DNA of 64,000 nucleotides from assembly GCF_009914755.1 (NCBI RefSeq), contig NC_060929.1. The stretch is one strand, 5' to 3'. Origin of the DNA: the human T2T-CHM13v2.0 reference genome, Homo sapiens. Below, one piece after another: positions 52,591 through 64,000 of this stretch. The translations under genes were made by a program, and so were the position numbers. The notes under the pieces are model-generated. The model did no database searches and was not told the DNA's origin. It worked only from the letters and a program-made list of their open reading frames with translations. Every line of letters begins with the position of its first letter. Positions within the stretch are counted from its first letter, which is position 1.

Positions 52591-52814
52591 TGGAGCTAAG
52601 TTGCCACCGTTTTCTAAATAATGTAAGTTTATAATAAGTTCATTCAAAATTACAAAGAAACATAGAAATTTAGAAACATCCCACCCATTGAATTTTCTAA
52701 GAGGTTGTAAAAACCTAAGTCCAAATCAATACTCCATATGTTTAAATTACTACCAAATGCAGCTGAGTGAACCCAGCTCGCTACCTGTTTTTGTGTGGTC
52801 CATGAGTTTTTACA

Positions 52815-53055
52815 TTTTTACATGGCAGGGGAAACATTGTTTAAAAAAAGAATACTATTTCCTGACACATTAAGATGATATGAAATTCAAATTTCAGTCG
52901 CTATAAGTAAAGTTTTACTGGAACACAGCTATGCTCATTTATTTATACAGTGTCTGTGGTAGCTTTCATGCTAGGACAGGAGCTTATAATGGCCCTCCTA
53001 GCCTAAAATATTTCCTGTCTGACCCTGTAGAGGAAAAGCCTTCTAACCACTAATT
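52815..53055. mobile_element. MER58-like hAT-Charlie element
   Basis: TAAAGTTTTACTGGAACACAGCTATGCTCATTTATTTATA...GCCTAAAATATTTCCTGTCTGACCCT. Confidence 0.75.
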
Positions 53056-55104
53056 TAAATAGTAATACAAATGTTATCAAGTGAAGACAGTTTGGAGCCA
53101 TGACAAGGCTCCTCTACCCAACAACTGCCAAATCTTCTTGTCATCCTGACTTGCTTTAACCCATAAGTCGACCCATTTCTGCCTAGGATGTTCTTTCTTC
53201 TACAGGAAGCTGTGTGGAGGGGCAAACAAAGCACAGAAGAGGAAGGTGTCCAAAGGGAAATGCACTTAAAAGGGCTGGAAAATGTAGAAAAGTCGAAGGT
53301 ATGTAGAGAAGAAAGTCCTGAAGGGTATCACCTATAGGGTACATGTTGTCCCCAAGCCTCGTTCTAAATAGTTTAAAAGCAAATACCATGGCACAATGCC
53401 CTAAATGACCTTTGGCTCCTTTTACCAGTGTTTCAGAACCATCTGGCTTAGGAGAAATTGTAAAATCACTGTACATGTAGTCTGTACAGTAAATAAGATG
53501 GTTATAGTAGTATACAAAGTAAAATTTACATATTTTATTCAGCAGAAAATCATTCATTTCTCCTAGTGAGTAAAATACGGATTCTTATGTTTTGAAAATT
53601 AGTAAGCAAATGAAACAAAATTAACTCCTAAGGTGAGAAAATTGCCTCGTGATGTGCCGCTCATTTTGACATTTTTAGTTACCTACAAAATATGCCAGGA
53701 TAGACATTTAAATATATCTCAGCATTGTTTTTTAGTTATTCAGCCACGGTAATAAAACACGTCTCCCCTCAGCTTGTCATTTGCTATTAAATCTGCAAAG
53801 AATGGAAGTAAGAGCAGCACTTAGAGAAAAAGTCAAAGGGGTGGCTCACCGTGTCACAGGCTGGACATATGCAGACATTTTTAAGCCATGAAATGCAAAT
53901 GTCTTGAATGATTTCAAATGACAGCATGCAATGCCAATACAGTTCATGCTCTGATGTTTTCTTGATACATTTTCAAAACCAAAGTCAGTTTTCAATGGTA
54001 ATTTTTCAGCTCCTCCTAGTGCATCAGCTACATCCTACTAACAATCAGTTCTGAAGGTGGAAATGCCCCTTTCATGATGGAGCCCCATTTAGAAAAGTAA
54101 TGACCATGGGTTCCTCAGAAAGTTAATTAAAGTTCTATGTATGTATGTCTTACAAGAAGGTCTGGAAGCTGTACCTAAGAAGGACAGCCAAATAAACCCA
54201 CCTGCTATCTAATTCCCCTCTGATTCAAATCCATTATGATGAATCCCAGGGTTTTAAGAACATGGATAAAAATCAAAAATAATCTCAAGTCCTTCTTGCT
54301 AAGAGATTTCCCAGTCATTCTTACTGCTATAAGAAGATCTGCTGCTGACAGCACATTAGAAGAGTTTAAAGGAAAACGAGTAAGGGAAAGGCTAATAAAA
54401 AACAGTATAGGCCAATAACAAAGGCCAAAGCCTAATCCCTGAAAAGGTCTATGGACCACATGCAAGTTTCTAACCCTTCCCAAGTAGGCAAGGCAGGCCT
54501 TCGGTGCTCCAAGCAACAAAGGAGGAAGAAGGAAAGTTGGTGAACATCATGATTCCTTTTGACTCCCTTTGACTGATGCTCAGCCATTACCCCTTCTGTG
54601 ACTGTCCCCCAGAAATCTCAGACTTCTCTGGCCTCCTGCCTACTCACAGGTTACATGCACCCACCTGACAGGGGCTGTTCTAAAGCATAAACAAAGTATG
54701 GCTGCCTGACCTTGAATAGTGCTGTCCTGTGCTTGGCCACATTTAAGAGCATCTCATTGCTCCAATTATGAGTAGACTCCAATAAGGACATAAATAAGAC
54801 CTACAGTGAGGGACATCTGGAGAGTAAATATGCTCACTGCACTGAGATCATTATATCTCATTACACCTGCTTTTAAAAATGCTGATTCATTCATCATGGA
54901 TGTCAACTGATTTGCTCAGAAACTGAGGTGGGATCCCAGAAAAAGCAGGGAATAAAAATCCAAGAGTAAAGAAGGATATGGAAAGAGAAGCCATGAACTT
55001 CACTTTGGTGACACAATGAGAAATAAACAAGAAGGACCTGTGGCAGTGAGCAAGTGAAGGTCCCATCCCTTAGCTGACTTAACAGATCATAATATCCAGA
55101 GCCA

Positions 55105-55270
55105 GCATTTAAATGGCACCTGCTATGGGCCAGGTGTCATTCTAAGCATTTCACACATATTTATGTGTCTAATTCTCAAAATAAGGTATAAGACAGGTAG
55201 CATTGTCATCTCCTTTTTGAAGATGAGTCAATGGATATGCAAAGAGTTTAAGTAGCTTGTCTAAAATAAC
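55105..55270 (-). mobile_element. MIR fragment
   Basis: GGCACCTGCTATGGGCCAGGTGTCATTCTAAGCATTT...GAAGATGAG...GTTTAAGTAGCTTGTCTAA. Confidence 0.65.
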
Positions 55271-56137
55271 AGATATTACCTTCCATTTACATAGCTTTTT
55301 CTTTGTTTAGGCAGTACAGTCTGTCTTTTATAGAAAGTTTAAAATTTCACATACAGTACTTTATCCCATAAATGTTATCTCTTCAAAGATCCATCATGCC
55401 TCTGGAAAAAATACTGAAGCCATTCATAAACTGGAATATGGCTTAATTAATGTATAATGCTCCCAACATCTCAAAGTAAAATTGATCTTATATGTCCACG
55501 CATTTCACTAATTTTAGGTCAGATTCAAAACAGAACTAGGCTTTACTCTCAAATTGTCCTTAATGCATCATCTTGGATATGTTAATAAATAAAATAGATT
55601 CTGCCAGTAGATAGGAAGGTAAATGCATTTTAATTACCTCAAATGTCTTAATTAACTCCTACTGCTAATGATACGGCAATTAAGGTTTAACTACGTTGTA
55701 CAGGATACATCTGCTAGCTTTCTATTGGGTCATGCTGCCGAGCATCACTGAAATCCAATGAAATTGGGAGGTTAGACTCCAATTCTCAAAGAATTCAAAT
55801 CTCAATGAGAAAAACAAGTGAAACTAAGGTGTTAGGCTCACTGCAGCGTGTTTTCCTCACACACACCTGCTTCCTGATAACTGCTCTTTGCCCTTCTCTG
55901 TCCTCATCTTCCTCTGAGCACAAGGAAATACAACATGGTAATACTTGCTTGTGAAAGTGCTTGAGGATATACATCAAGCATCACTGGTGAGTTCTTGCAT
56001 ACATGGTTTTAAGCTCCTTTAGTTCAGAGTGCTGGAAGGGAAGTTATGGTGATATGTGCTGATCTACCCGGACTTCATGAGGACCAAATGCAGAGACCAG
56101 GTCAGGAAGGCATGGCCATTTTGGAAGCTAACTCCTA

Positions 56138-56632
56138 TGGGGGATAAAGATGGCCACTCTCTTTAAAAGAAGGGCCAGACTCCAGAAGTGGAGTCTATTT
56201 CCCCTTCTCTTGAATCTGAGTTGGGCCTCTGTCTAGCTTTACACAAAAGAATGCAGTAGATGGTGAACCACGTCACTTCCAAGGCTATGCCTTAAGAGAT
56301 TTGTAATTTTCACTTTCATGGTCTTGGAACCCAGCTATCACAGTGAAAAGCAGCAGCCACATGGAGGGAGAACTGACACACCAGGTGGCAGCCCCAACTG
56401 AGCTTCCAGCCAACAGCCAGCACCAAAACCAGGTCAAATGAGCAAGCCTTCTTGGATGTTCCAATCTGGTTAAGCCTCTGGATGATGATAGCTTCAGGTG
56501 ATGTTGCATGCAGAGAAAGACATCTCAGCTGACCTCCATCAACCCATTGACTCTTAACAGATCATAAATGACAGTTGTTGTTTAAAGCACTAAGTATTGA
56601 GGTGGTTTATTATGCAACAGTAGACAGTCAAA
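56138..56632 (+). mobile_element. MaLR solo LTR (MLT1H/G-like)
   Basis: GTGGAGTCTATTTCCCCTTCTCTTGAATCTG; CAGCCCCAACTGAGCTTCCAGCCAACAGCCAGCACC; GTTGTTTAAAGCACTAAGT. Confidence 0.75.
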
Positions 56633-56769
56633 ACCTTCCCAAACCATCTTAGAGATCCAGGCTGAAACTATTTCCTGCTTGCTACAGCCTTTTCCAGGAC
56701 AAGTCCTGACAGATCCAGAAACATGAAGGTGGCTAGGATGGGATTGAGAAGCACACTTTCCAACAGGGC

Positions 56770-57000
56770 GGCTAAGACAGTGGACCCTGGGCCAGACTGA
56801 CTAAGTCTGAATCTTGGCTTTGCCTTTTACTAGATAGGTACCTAGTAGAAGTTACTTAACTTTACTGTGCCTCAGTTTCCCTTTGAGTAAAATAGAAATA
56901 TTCCTCACCTCATAGATTTGTCATGAAGATTAAATATCAGTATCCATATATACAAAGCATTTAGAACAGTGCGTGGCAAAGTATTTGTGAATATTAATAT
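56770..57000 (+). mobile_element. MIR
   Basis: AAGTTACTTAACTTTACTGTGCCTCAGTTTCCCTTTGAGTAAAATAG...AAAGCATTTAGAACAGTGCGTGGCA. Confidence 0.8.
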
Positions 57001-59048
57001 TTGTTCTCTGTTCTGTTCTACATCCAAGAAACCACCTATTCACAAGGGATTGGCCTCACACAGATACATGTGCATCTGACGTAGTCCTGGAAAGTTATTT
57101 CATCTCCAGCATGTTCTGAGCTATCATCATCACATTCATATCAACTTTGTTTCTACGTATGATTTGGTAGGTCACTACAACAATCAGATCAGGTTACAGA
57201 TAATAGTAGTATTTACAGATGTCATAATAAAATTAATCCTAAATATGCTAATAGTACCAGATTAGTTTTTGGGTTTTAGTTCTTTTTGGGGAAAAGGAAA
57301 ATCATATGCACAGTTTGGGAGTTACTTTTTAAAAATAACTATTGAATCTTTTTTAAATGAAGCAAGAGACAGTAGTAACCAATTCTTTTTGCTATAGGAT
57401 TAAAATTAGTAAATAGTATTTTTTTTTTTTTGCCCCAGCTCTTGATCTCCTATTTTAAAATGTCCATCAAGTACTTATCTCTATTTACTACAAAATTAAT
57501 CATCCTAAATGAATTAACATATAGTTGCCATAAGTTCAAGCTCTTGAAATAGTCTTCTGTTTCAGCCAATGAGTGTCTGACCATAGCTCTTCTCATGGAA
57601 CTTTTCTCTAGAGCCCAAAACTCTCTCATTTCTTATTTTCCCACATACTTCTACTGATAAAACTGTTGTAGATCCAATTATACTACCTATATGCTAGTCT
57701 TTGAAAATGGTTTCATCTGTTTTTCAAGACAACTATGATGGATTCATAAATTGATACCCAAGTAGTTCAATCAGAGGTTCTTGGAAAAGGTGTCAGGTTT
57801 GTGCCTGTCTTCAGCATGATAATATCACTCATCCATATTATTTATGCTTTCTCTTTCCAATTATTCACAAGCCCTAGGTCAGCTTGAGAAATACATATTT
57901 TCATTTTGTGGTTGCTAATCATGCATTAAATGGAGACTATCAGATATGCAAATTAATTGCAAACTATATAAAGGATACAAAAATTTTAAACTATGAAATT
58001 TAAATTATTAATGCACTAGTAATTCAGCTTGCAGGTTCCTTCTGCAAACACTGGTAGTTCCACCTATATTACATTGCTGAATAAAAACTAAATTGGGTGA
58101 TTTAGATAGCAACAAGGAACACGAGAATTTATTACTTTTCCCCCTCCCAACTTTGCAATTCCCTATTCTTTTTATTTCTATTACTCCTTTGTCTCTGTTT
58201 TGAACCCTATTCTTTTATGTCTACTTAACTTCAGCCTACCAGATAACATTAATTACACATTATTCTGCTTTTCCTTAAGATGTCATTCTTAATATTTTAT
58301 ATTCTACCTGTCTGTTCAAAGAACCTGAATCTGTTTCACGATAAATTTTAGGCCTATTTTCCAGGGCATTTGTAGATTTATGTGTATTATGTTATTATGT
58401 GATTATACACAAAAAGTTTAAGAATATGTAAGAATACTAGTTCAGTAGTATTATTGAGAGTAACTGTTGGGAATACTTCTGCATCCACTATGTAGTTGAA
58501 CACAGCAAAGAAGAAAATCAGCCAAAATTTAACTGCAAAAGAACATCACATGATAAAGAAAGCCTGGTTAAGTGGAAATAACATTCAGATTAGAACTAAT
58601 AGGTTCAACCAAAGTTTTCATACCAGTGAAGTTTTGTTTTACTTGTATCTGTTCTCCATAAATGGAGCCCATTAGAGCTTAAATGCTTAAGTTAACAAAA
58701 TATTAATAAAATCAATTGTGTAACATTTCTAATGAATAAAATTGATTTAAGTGTGGTACAAGTCATTTTACCAACTTGCCTTTTTAGAAAAAAGACTGGT
58801 ATCATTTTATCAATAAGTAAAAAATTAATAAAGGAAACCATTCGATTAAAATGTCTTTTGAGTTTCTCAGATAAAATGTCATGGCTTTCTCAAAAACACA
58901 TGTTTACAAATTCTAAATCTTGGTTTTAGTGTAATTTTCACAAAATGTTTTTAAGTAGCATAAGTAAATATCCTTAGTAATAACTAAGCTTAAGTGCATT
59001 CATGTTAACAAAATTATTTCAGGAAAAATAAATGTTGAAACTGCTTAC

Positions 59049-59204
59049 CTGGCAAGGTTGTTTCATTTTAATGGCTATAACATGGTATCTATAACAGCAA
59101 AGTTCACAGGTCCAGGAACCTCTCTCACTGATCCATTTTAGCAGGCACAGCTGATGTGTATACCGAACTGACCCATCACATCGGCAGGGGTTCAACAACT
59201 CACC
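59049..59204 (-). CDS. MARCHF11: MARCHF11 coding exon 2 (52 aa): rest of the C4HC3 RING-CH domain
   Basis: Acceptor GTTTTCTTTTTAG| before 59204. Reads [52 protein letters not shown], then phase-0 donor CAG|GTAAGC (GT at 59048-59047). Joined to exon 1 it completes the CxxC...PCxCxG...HxxC...W...CELC RING-CH motif of MARCH4/9/11. Confidence 0.97.
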
Positions 59205-60361
59205 CTAAAAAGAAAACAGCTCAGTGTGAATATCTGTGTCTGTGTCTCTATTTTAAAAACCTAATGCTTCCTTTCTTTTCTTTCAAAGCCATTTACTCAG
59301 GATACAGCATCAGGCTCTATCATAGGAAATGAAATTAAAATTTTATACCTCTGATGGGAATGAAACTAAGTCTTAAAACTATTTCAAAGACATTGCTTAG
59401 AGTTATGACATAAATGTTCTACCAACATACAAAATGTCTGCAAGATATAGCTCCCAATACCCGTGGGGGAAAGCTGTACTATTAAATCTCTTTAATAACT
59501 TTTAAGTGGATGGTCAGATGCATTTCCTCTGCAGTTATTCTTAATCATTGCTAAAGAAGAAACGCATGGCATCCCAGAAAGCGGCATTATGCTTTTTTTT
59601 CTAAATGTAGCATCATAAATATTGTCTTAGGGCACTATATTCCTGAAAGCCTGTATATTCTTATGCAATTTCCTTACTTTTAAAAACATTACAACTAATC
59701 TTTTCTCAGACCACACATTTGTAAGGGACATATGCTATCATTTCCTCTGCATGATTACTCTCATATAAGTTTGCATGCACCTACAATGGTGTTTATAATT
59801 TTAGAATTGTGTTGCTGTCAAAATATAAATTGTTGGCATAATAGCCTTTCTTTCAAAGTCCATTCCTATTTCTCTTGTAAAAACTATCACATGCTTTTCA
59901 CATCCGTGAGATTAAGTCACCCAAATTTGCAGTAAGGAAAGACTCTGCCCTTTCTGGTTGTGATATGACATCTGTCTCAAGATACATCTGTAGAAAACGG
60001 ACTTCACCTTACATCTGACAGGTTTGCTTCTAAGCATAAACCAAAATCCATCGAATAATTCACAAAAGCCGCTTTTGGCATTATCACTAAAGCACCTGAG
60101 GAACATGTAGCTCCTAAGCCAGGAAGGAAAAAGAAAGTGTAGATGAAATTAAACCCAGTATTCACCACTGGGACATTTCTATTTGCCTTCACAGGAAGGG
60201 AAAGGGGAAGGCATATTGGAGCCAGCGCTCACAGGGCAGAACCAGACGAGCCTCACTGGAGGCAAACTGGGAGGTAGGCGTGCGCTGTCCGTGGTGCTGA
60301 AAGCTTGACCGGCGCGAGCTGGAGCCGCCACCGGCTGCCTCGGGGTCTCGCCGGGCCTTAC
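59205..60361 (-). other. MARCHF11: MARCHF11 intron 1 (GT-AG, 1157 nt)
   Basis: Bounded by the exon 1 donor and exon 2 acceptor; phase 0 keeps the RING-CH frame. Confidence 0.95.
60281..60301 (-). promoter_or_regulatory. Canonical RE1/NRSE (REST binding site) in intron 1
   Basis: Minus strand reads TTCAGCACCACGGACAGCGCA, a 20/21 match to the RE1 consensus TTCAGCACCACGGACAGCGCC, about 60 nt past the exon 1 donor. Confidence 0.93.
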
Positions 60362-60898
60362 CTGCTCCGCGCCCTGGAAGCAGATCTTGCAGATGGGCTG
60401 GTGGTGCTGGTGCTGGTGCCCAGCGCGCTGGTCGCCGCCGCCACTGCTGCTGCTGCGGCTGCTGCACACCGAGCGCGTCTCGGGCTGGTCTCCGGCGCCC
60501 CGCCGCTCGCGCTCGCCGCCCGCGCCGGCCTCAGACTCCCCGGGGCCGCCTTTCGCTGCTGCCGCCTCCGGGAGGCGCCTCGGACCTTCCCCGGAGTCGC
60601 CGGCCGCCGCCACTTCCTGGCCGGCGGGCTGCAGGGGCAGGGGCGGAGGCGGCAGCTCGTCCGCTCCCCTGCACCGCGGGGCCACCTCCCCTAGCGGCTC
60701 GCTTGGCCCCGCGGCGCGCTCGGGGGTCTCGGGGGACGCGGGCAGCGGCGGCAGGTAGCGCGGGGCCGCGGGGACCGGGGCCGGCTCTCCCGGCGGCGGC
60801 GTCGGCGGCGGCGGCGGGGGAGGTTGCGGGGGAGGCTCGGCGTCCCCGCTCTCCGCCCCGCGACACCGACTGCCGCCGTGGCCGCCCTCAAAGCTCAT
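60362..60898 (-). CDS. MARCHF11: MARCHF11 coding exon 1 (aa 1-179): Pro/Ala/Gly-rich N-terminus and start of the RING-CH finger
   Basis: ATG at 60898-60896 in ACAACC-ATG context (A at -3). Translates [14 protein letters not shown]...[11 protein letters not shown]...[19 protein letters not shown] and ends at a phase-0 donor CAG|GTAAGG (GT at 60361-60360). 537 nt = 179 codons. Protein recognised as MARCH11. Confidence 0.97.
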
Positions 60899-63529
60899 GG
60901 TTGTGCCGCCGCCGCCCTCCTGCCGGCCCGGCTGGCGGGCCGGGCTCTGGCTGCAGGGAAAGAGAGCGCGGAGGGGGCGGGAGGGAGAGGGGAAAAGGAG
61001 GGAGGGGGCCCGGACGCCTGGGGCTAGGGGGCGGGACGGGGAGGGGATGCGGAAGGTTCTGCAGCTGCGGCGGCGGCAGGCGCGGCCGTTCGGTGGAGCC
61101 GCCGGCTCGGCTCTGATGGAGGCGGCGCCGAATTCGGCTGCGCGTGAGAGCCGCGCCGCGGAAGGGGGGGCCGGAGAAGCGAGGGGGCGGGAGGGAGGAG
61201 CGGCGCGGCGGGGGTGACGGGGCGCGGGCGCGGGGTGGGCTGGGGGCGCGGATCAGTGGGACGGAGTTCGGGGTTCGGCTCCGAGCGGGCGGGCTGGAAG
61301 TGGGGGATCCCTCAGCCGCCTCCACGGGCCGGCCCCGCGCTCACGTCGGTTCCGGGGCGGATGACCCCTCTCCAAACGGCGCAGCGCTGCGGCTCTCGTG
61401 AGCTGGGAAGTAGGGGGCAGGGGAGAGGCCGCGGGTCCAGAAACCGTTACTGGATGGGCCGGTGGGATGTGGCGCGGGCCGGGTGGGGCGCGACAGTCTG
61501 AGCCGAGACCCGCGTGGGCTTAAGGGTGCGCGAGGCGGGTGCCCTGGGCGCGCCCGAACTGGCTGAGCAGTGGAGCGGGAAAGGGCGCGGGACCCGGGAC
61601 TGTAACCGCCACTTCCAGGCCCTCGCTCCCCGCGCTTGGAGCCCTCAAGGGCACTCTCAGGGATCCTCGAGAGCCTTAAAACAGAAGTCTCTGGAACCTG
61701 TGTCCTCTCCCTGTCTGTCCCGCCCTCGAATCCCTGTGTCCTCCTCACCCGCTCCCTCCTGCAGTGAGCATCCCGGGTTGTTGGTAAAGATCTTGGTGCC
61801 TGGGAGGTCGGAGCTTCGTCTCCTGAAATGGTTTATACTAGTGAACCCTGGCGCCACGTTCTGTGGCTTATAATCACTTTCGTCGTTGCCGCATGAGGAA
61901 GCAAATGACACCGCCCCTTACCCTGGAAAAGTGGCTGCAGCCTTCCCCGGATCTTAGTTTTACTCACCCCGAAGTCAATTTCTCGGTAACTCCACCCTGC
62001 AAAACCTCTGTGGGACTCATCTTCAGGGCAGAGCTAACAGTTTTCTTTCTGGAAAAAAAAAAAAAAATCCCTCACCTGCAGGGAACTAGGCTGAGAATCG
62101 TGCACATGCAGTAGTTTCCAAATCCGTGCAGTGTGAGATCATAAAGCACCGGATTTATATGCGGCAGTGTGTCTATCCGAATTTTCACTGATGTGACGCT
62201 TTCAGTCTTTGACACAAAGACACAGAGCAGTCATTTTTGGCAGCGTTTCATAGCCGAAGACCCAGGATCAGAAAGGCAAAATAACTTGTTCAAGGTTATA
62301 GAACTATTAACAAAGAACTTCTGTGTTCCCTGACCAGATTTTCTGGTTCAAATGCCAATAATTTTTTCTTCCAATCCTTTCTTCTGCCTCCTAAAATAGT
62401 ATTGTAGTACATTGTGTGTTTGGCGCCATTGATTCCCACTAATAGATACTCTGTAATGGCTGAGATAAACTACTAGCTTAAGTTCGTTTTTCCATTTCAC
62501 GTTTTGGCAGTAAGAAGTATATTTGATTCATAAAGAAGACCTACCTCTTTTGACAGAAATTGGTTCCATTTGCCAGAGAGAGAAGGTAGTGAAAAATAAT
62601 TCAAGAATGTTTTGTCACAAATGGTCTCTGATGAACTAGTTTCCAGGAATGTCCTCTAACACTTAGCCCCTTCAGACTGGCTATTTTTGGTGGCAGAGTG
62701 GCAGGCAGCAAGCACATTTTTAAAACAACAATCTCCAGGAACTTACCACGTTGAAGAAATGTGGTTGTCGATATGCTTTCATTTTTGGTCTTCACCTGTC
62801 AGAATGACAACGCAAGTTTGTGTATTGCCACAGTCAAGATAATCATAAGCCTTATGATCATCATAAACCTTCTTCATAAGTTCTCGAGTTAAAGACTGTC
62901 TAGATTTGTACAGAATCCCCTAAATAATTCCATTTATGACTAGTAAATTTCTACCAGGTGTGATAAAGTGCATCGGTACTCGAAGGACAGCATAAAAGCT
63001 ATGGGTTTTGTATAAACGGTGTAGAATAATTCAGACAGCGAAGCGGCATGGATAAAGGAGAAAAGGGCCACAAGGCTAGATGTGTCCTCTCAGTTAATTG
63101 TTTCTGAAAAATAAAAAAAAAAATACATTTGCTTGCTAAATTGGGTAGCCACGTAAGATTCCTTCCCGGTTTCAATGACCTCCAAAGCTGACCAGTCCCT
63201 GAAGGGAAACTTGCTCGTGATCTTCAGTTAACCCAATGCATTTTCAGTGGGTCCAGGAAAAACACCTTCTTTCTAACTTTGGCTACATCCTCTGTCATAA
63301 AATTATAAAATAATGGAATGCAGAAAGGATGAATTCCTCTCAGCTGCTGGCAACCAAGTGGAAGAGAGATGGAGACACAGACATCAGATAGAGCAGTGCG
63401 CCGGTGGCCACTGACAACCATCAGTAGCAAGGCGCATCTGCCAACTGAAAATGAATGAGGGGAAATGCAGGTTTATCAAATTTGAGCAAATATTGAAAGG
63501 ATGATCAAATCTTCATGATGCCAGTAAAC

Positions 63530-64000
63530 CAGTTGTTCATTCATTTAGTTGTTTAAGCCAAAATCCTAAGTGTCATCCTTGACTTCATATCATACATTCA
63601 GTATACAAAAATTTCTTTCAAATGGACTTTCAAAATATTCACCAAATTTCACTACACCTTTTCACCTCCATCCCCACCAACCCAATTCAAACCACCATTA
63701 TAATGCACGAAACTGTCAAAACAACTTCCTGTCTCCCTGCTTCTCATTCTTGAGCTTACACCCTACACCAGCCAGGATGATCCCATTCAGGTGTTAAGTC
63801 TAGTCATGTCATCCCTCTACTCAGTACCCGCCAATGGCTTCTCATCACACTTAGTGTAATACCAAAAATTTTAGCAGCCTCTGCAAGTCCTCATTGTAGC
63901 CTCTGGCTGCCTCTCTAAAGACCTCTCCATACCCTCCCCACCAGCCTACCCTACCCTCCTTGCTACTCATTTCTGCTACACTGGCATCCTTGCTGTATAC
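63530..64000 (+). mobile_element. L2 fragment
   Basis: AAGCCAAAATCCTAAGTGTCATCCTTGACT...CAGCCAGGATGATC...CATGTCATCCCTCTACTCA..CAATGGCTTCTCATCACACTTAG. Confidence 0.7.

Larger units (their letters stand above)
60250..61680. promoter_or_regulatory. MARCHF11: CpG island covering the MARCHF11 promoter, 5'UTR and exon 1; GC boxes
   Basis: Very GC- and CpG-rich stretch against an AT-rich, CpG-depleted background. Several GGGGCGGG Sp/KLF boxes (~60974, ~61028, ~61184, ~61354). No TATA box evident. Confidence 0.93.

Noticed and set aside
60179-60898. 239-aa single-exon ORF in the ORF track
   Set aside because: Only the first 179 codons are exon 1. The rest is read-through past a canonical GTAAGG donor into intron 1 and would cut the RING-CH finger.
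60189-61873. Many overlapping 60-145 aa ORFs on both strands in the CpG island
   Set aside because: Expected from stop-codon scarcity in very GC-rich DNA; many start at GTG/TTG and give low-complexity R/G/P/A products.

Overview
Primate, almost certainly human, genomic DNA (Alu, THE1, L1PA elements) holding the 5' part of MARCHF11 (MARCH11, membrane-associated RING-CH E3 ubiquitin ligase) on the minus strand. It contains a CpG-island promoter (~60.2-61.7 kb), coding exon 1 (60898-60362) and coding exon 2 (59204-59049); the RING-CH finger is split between them. Everything from 59048 down to base 1 is intron 2, and the transmembrane-coding exons are outside the window. The intron is mostly old transposon debris (L1, L2, CR1/L3, MIR, MaLR/MLT2 LTRs, DNA transposons) plus two Alus and a full-length THE1. 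Best leads: (1) a 127-codon, repeat-free ORF at 10386-10769 with an in-phase acceptor and a downstream AATAAA, which could give a soluble, TM-less MARCHF11 isoform; (2) a near-perfect REST/RE1 site in intron 1; (3) a tailless 5'-half tRNA-Gly retro-insertion with a 10-bp TSD; (4) an 87-bp inverted duplication with nested palindromes; (5) a ~0.5-kb local duplication; (6) two young L1 insertions truncated at the same nucleotide. Repeat subfamily names come from recall of consensus sequences, not from a database search, and old-repeat boundaries are approximate.
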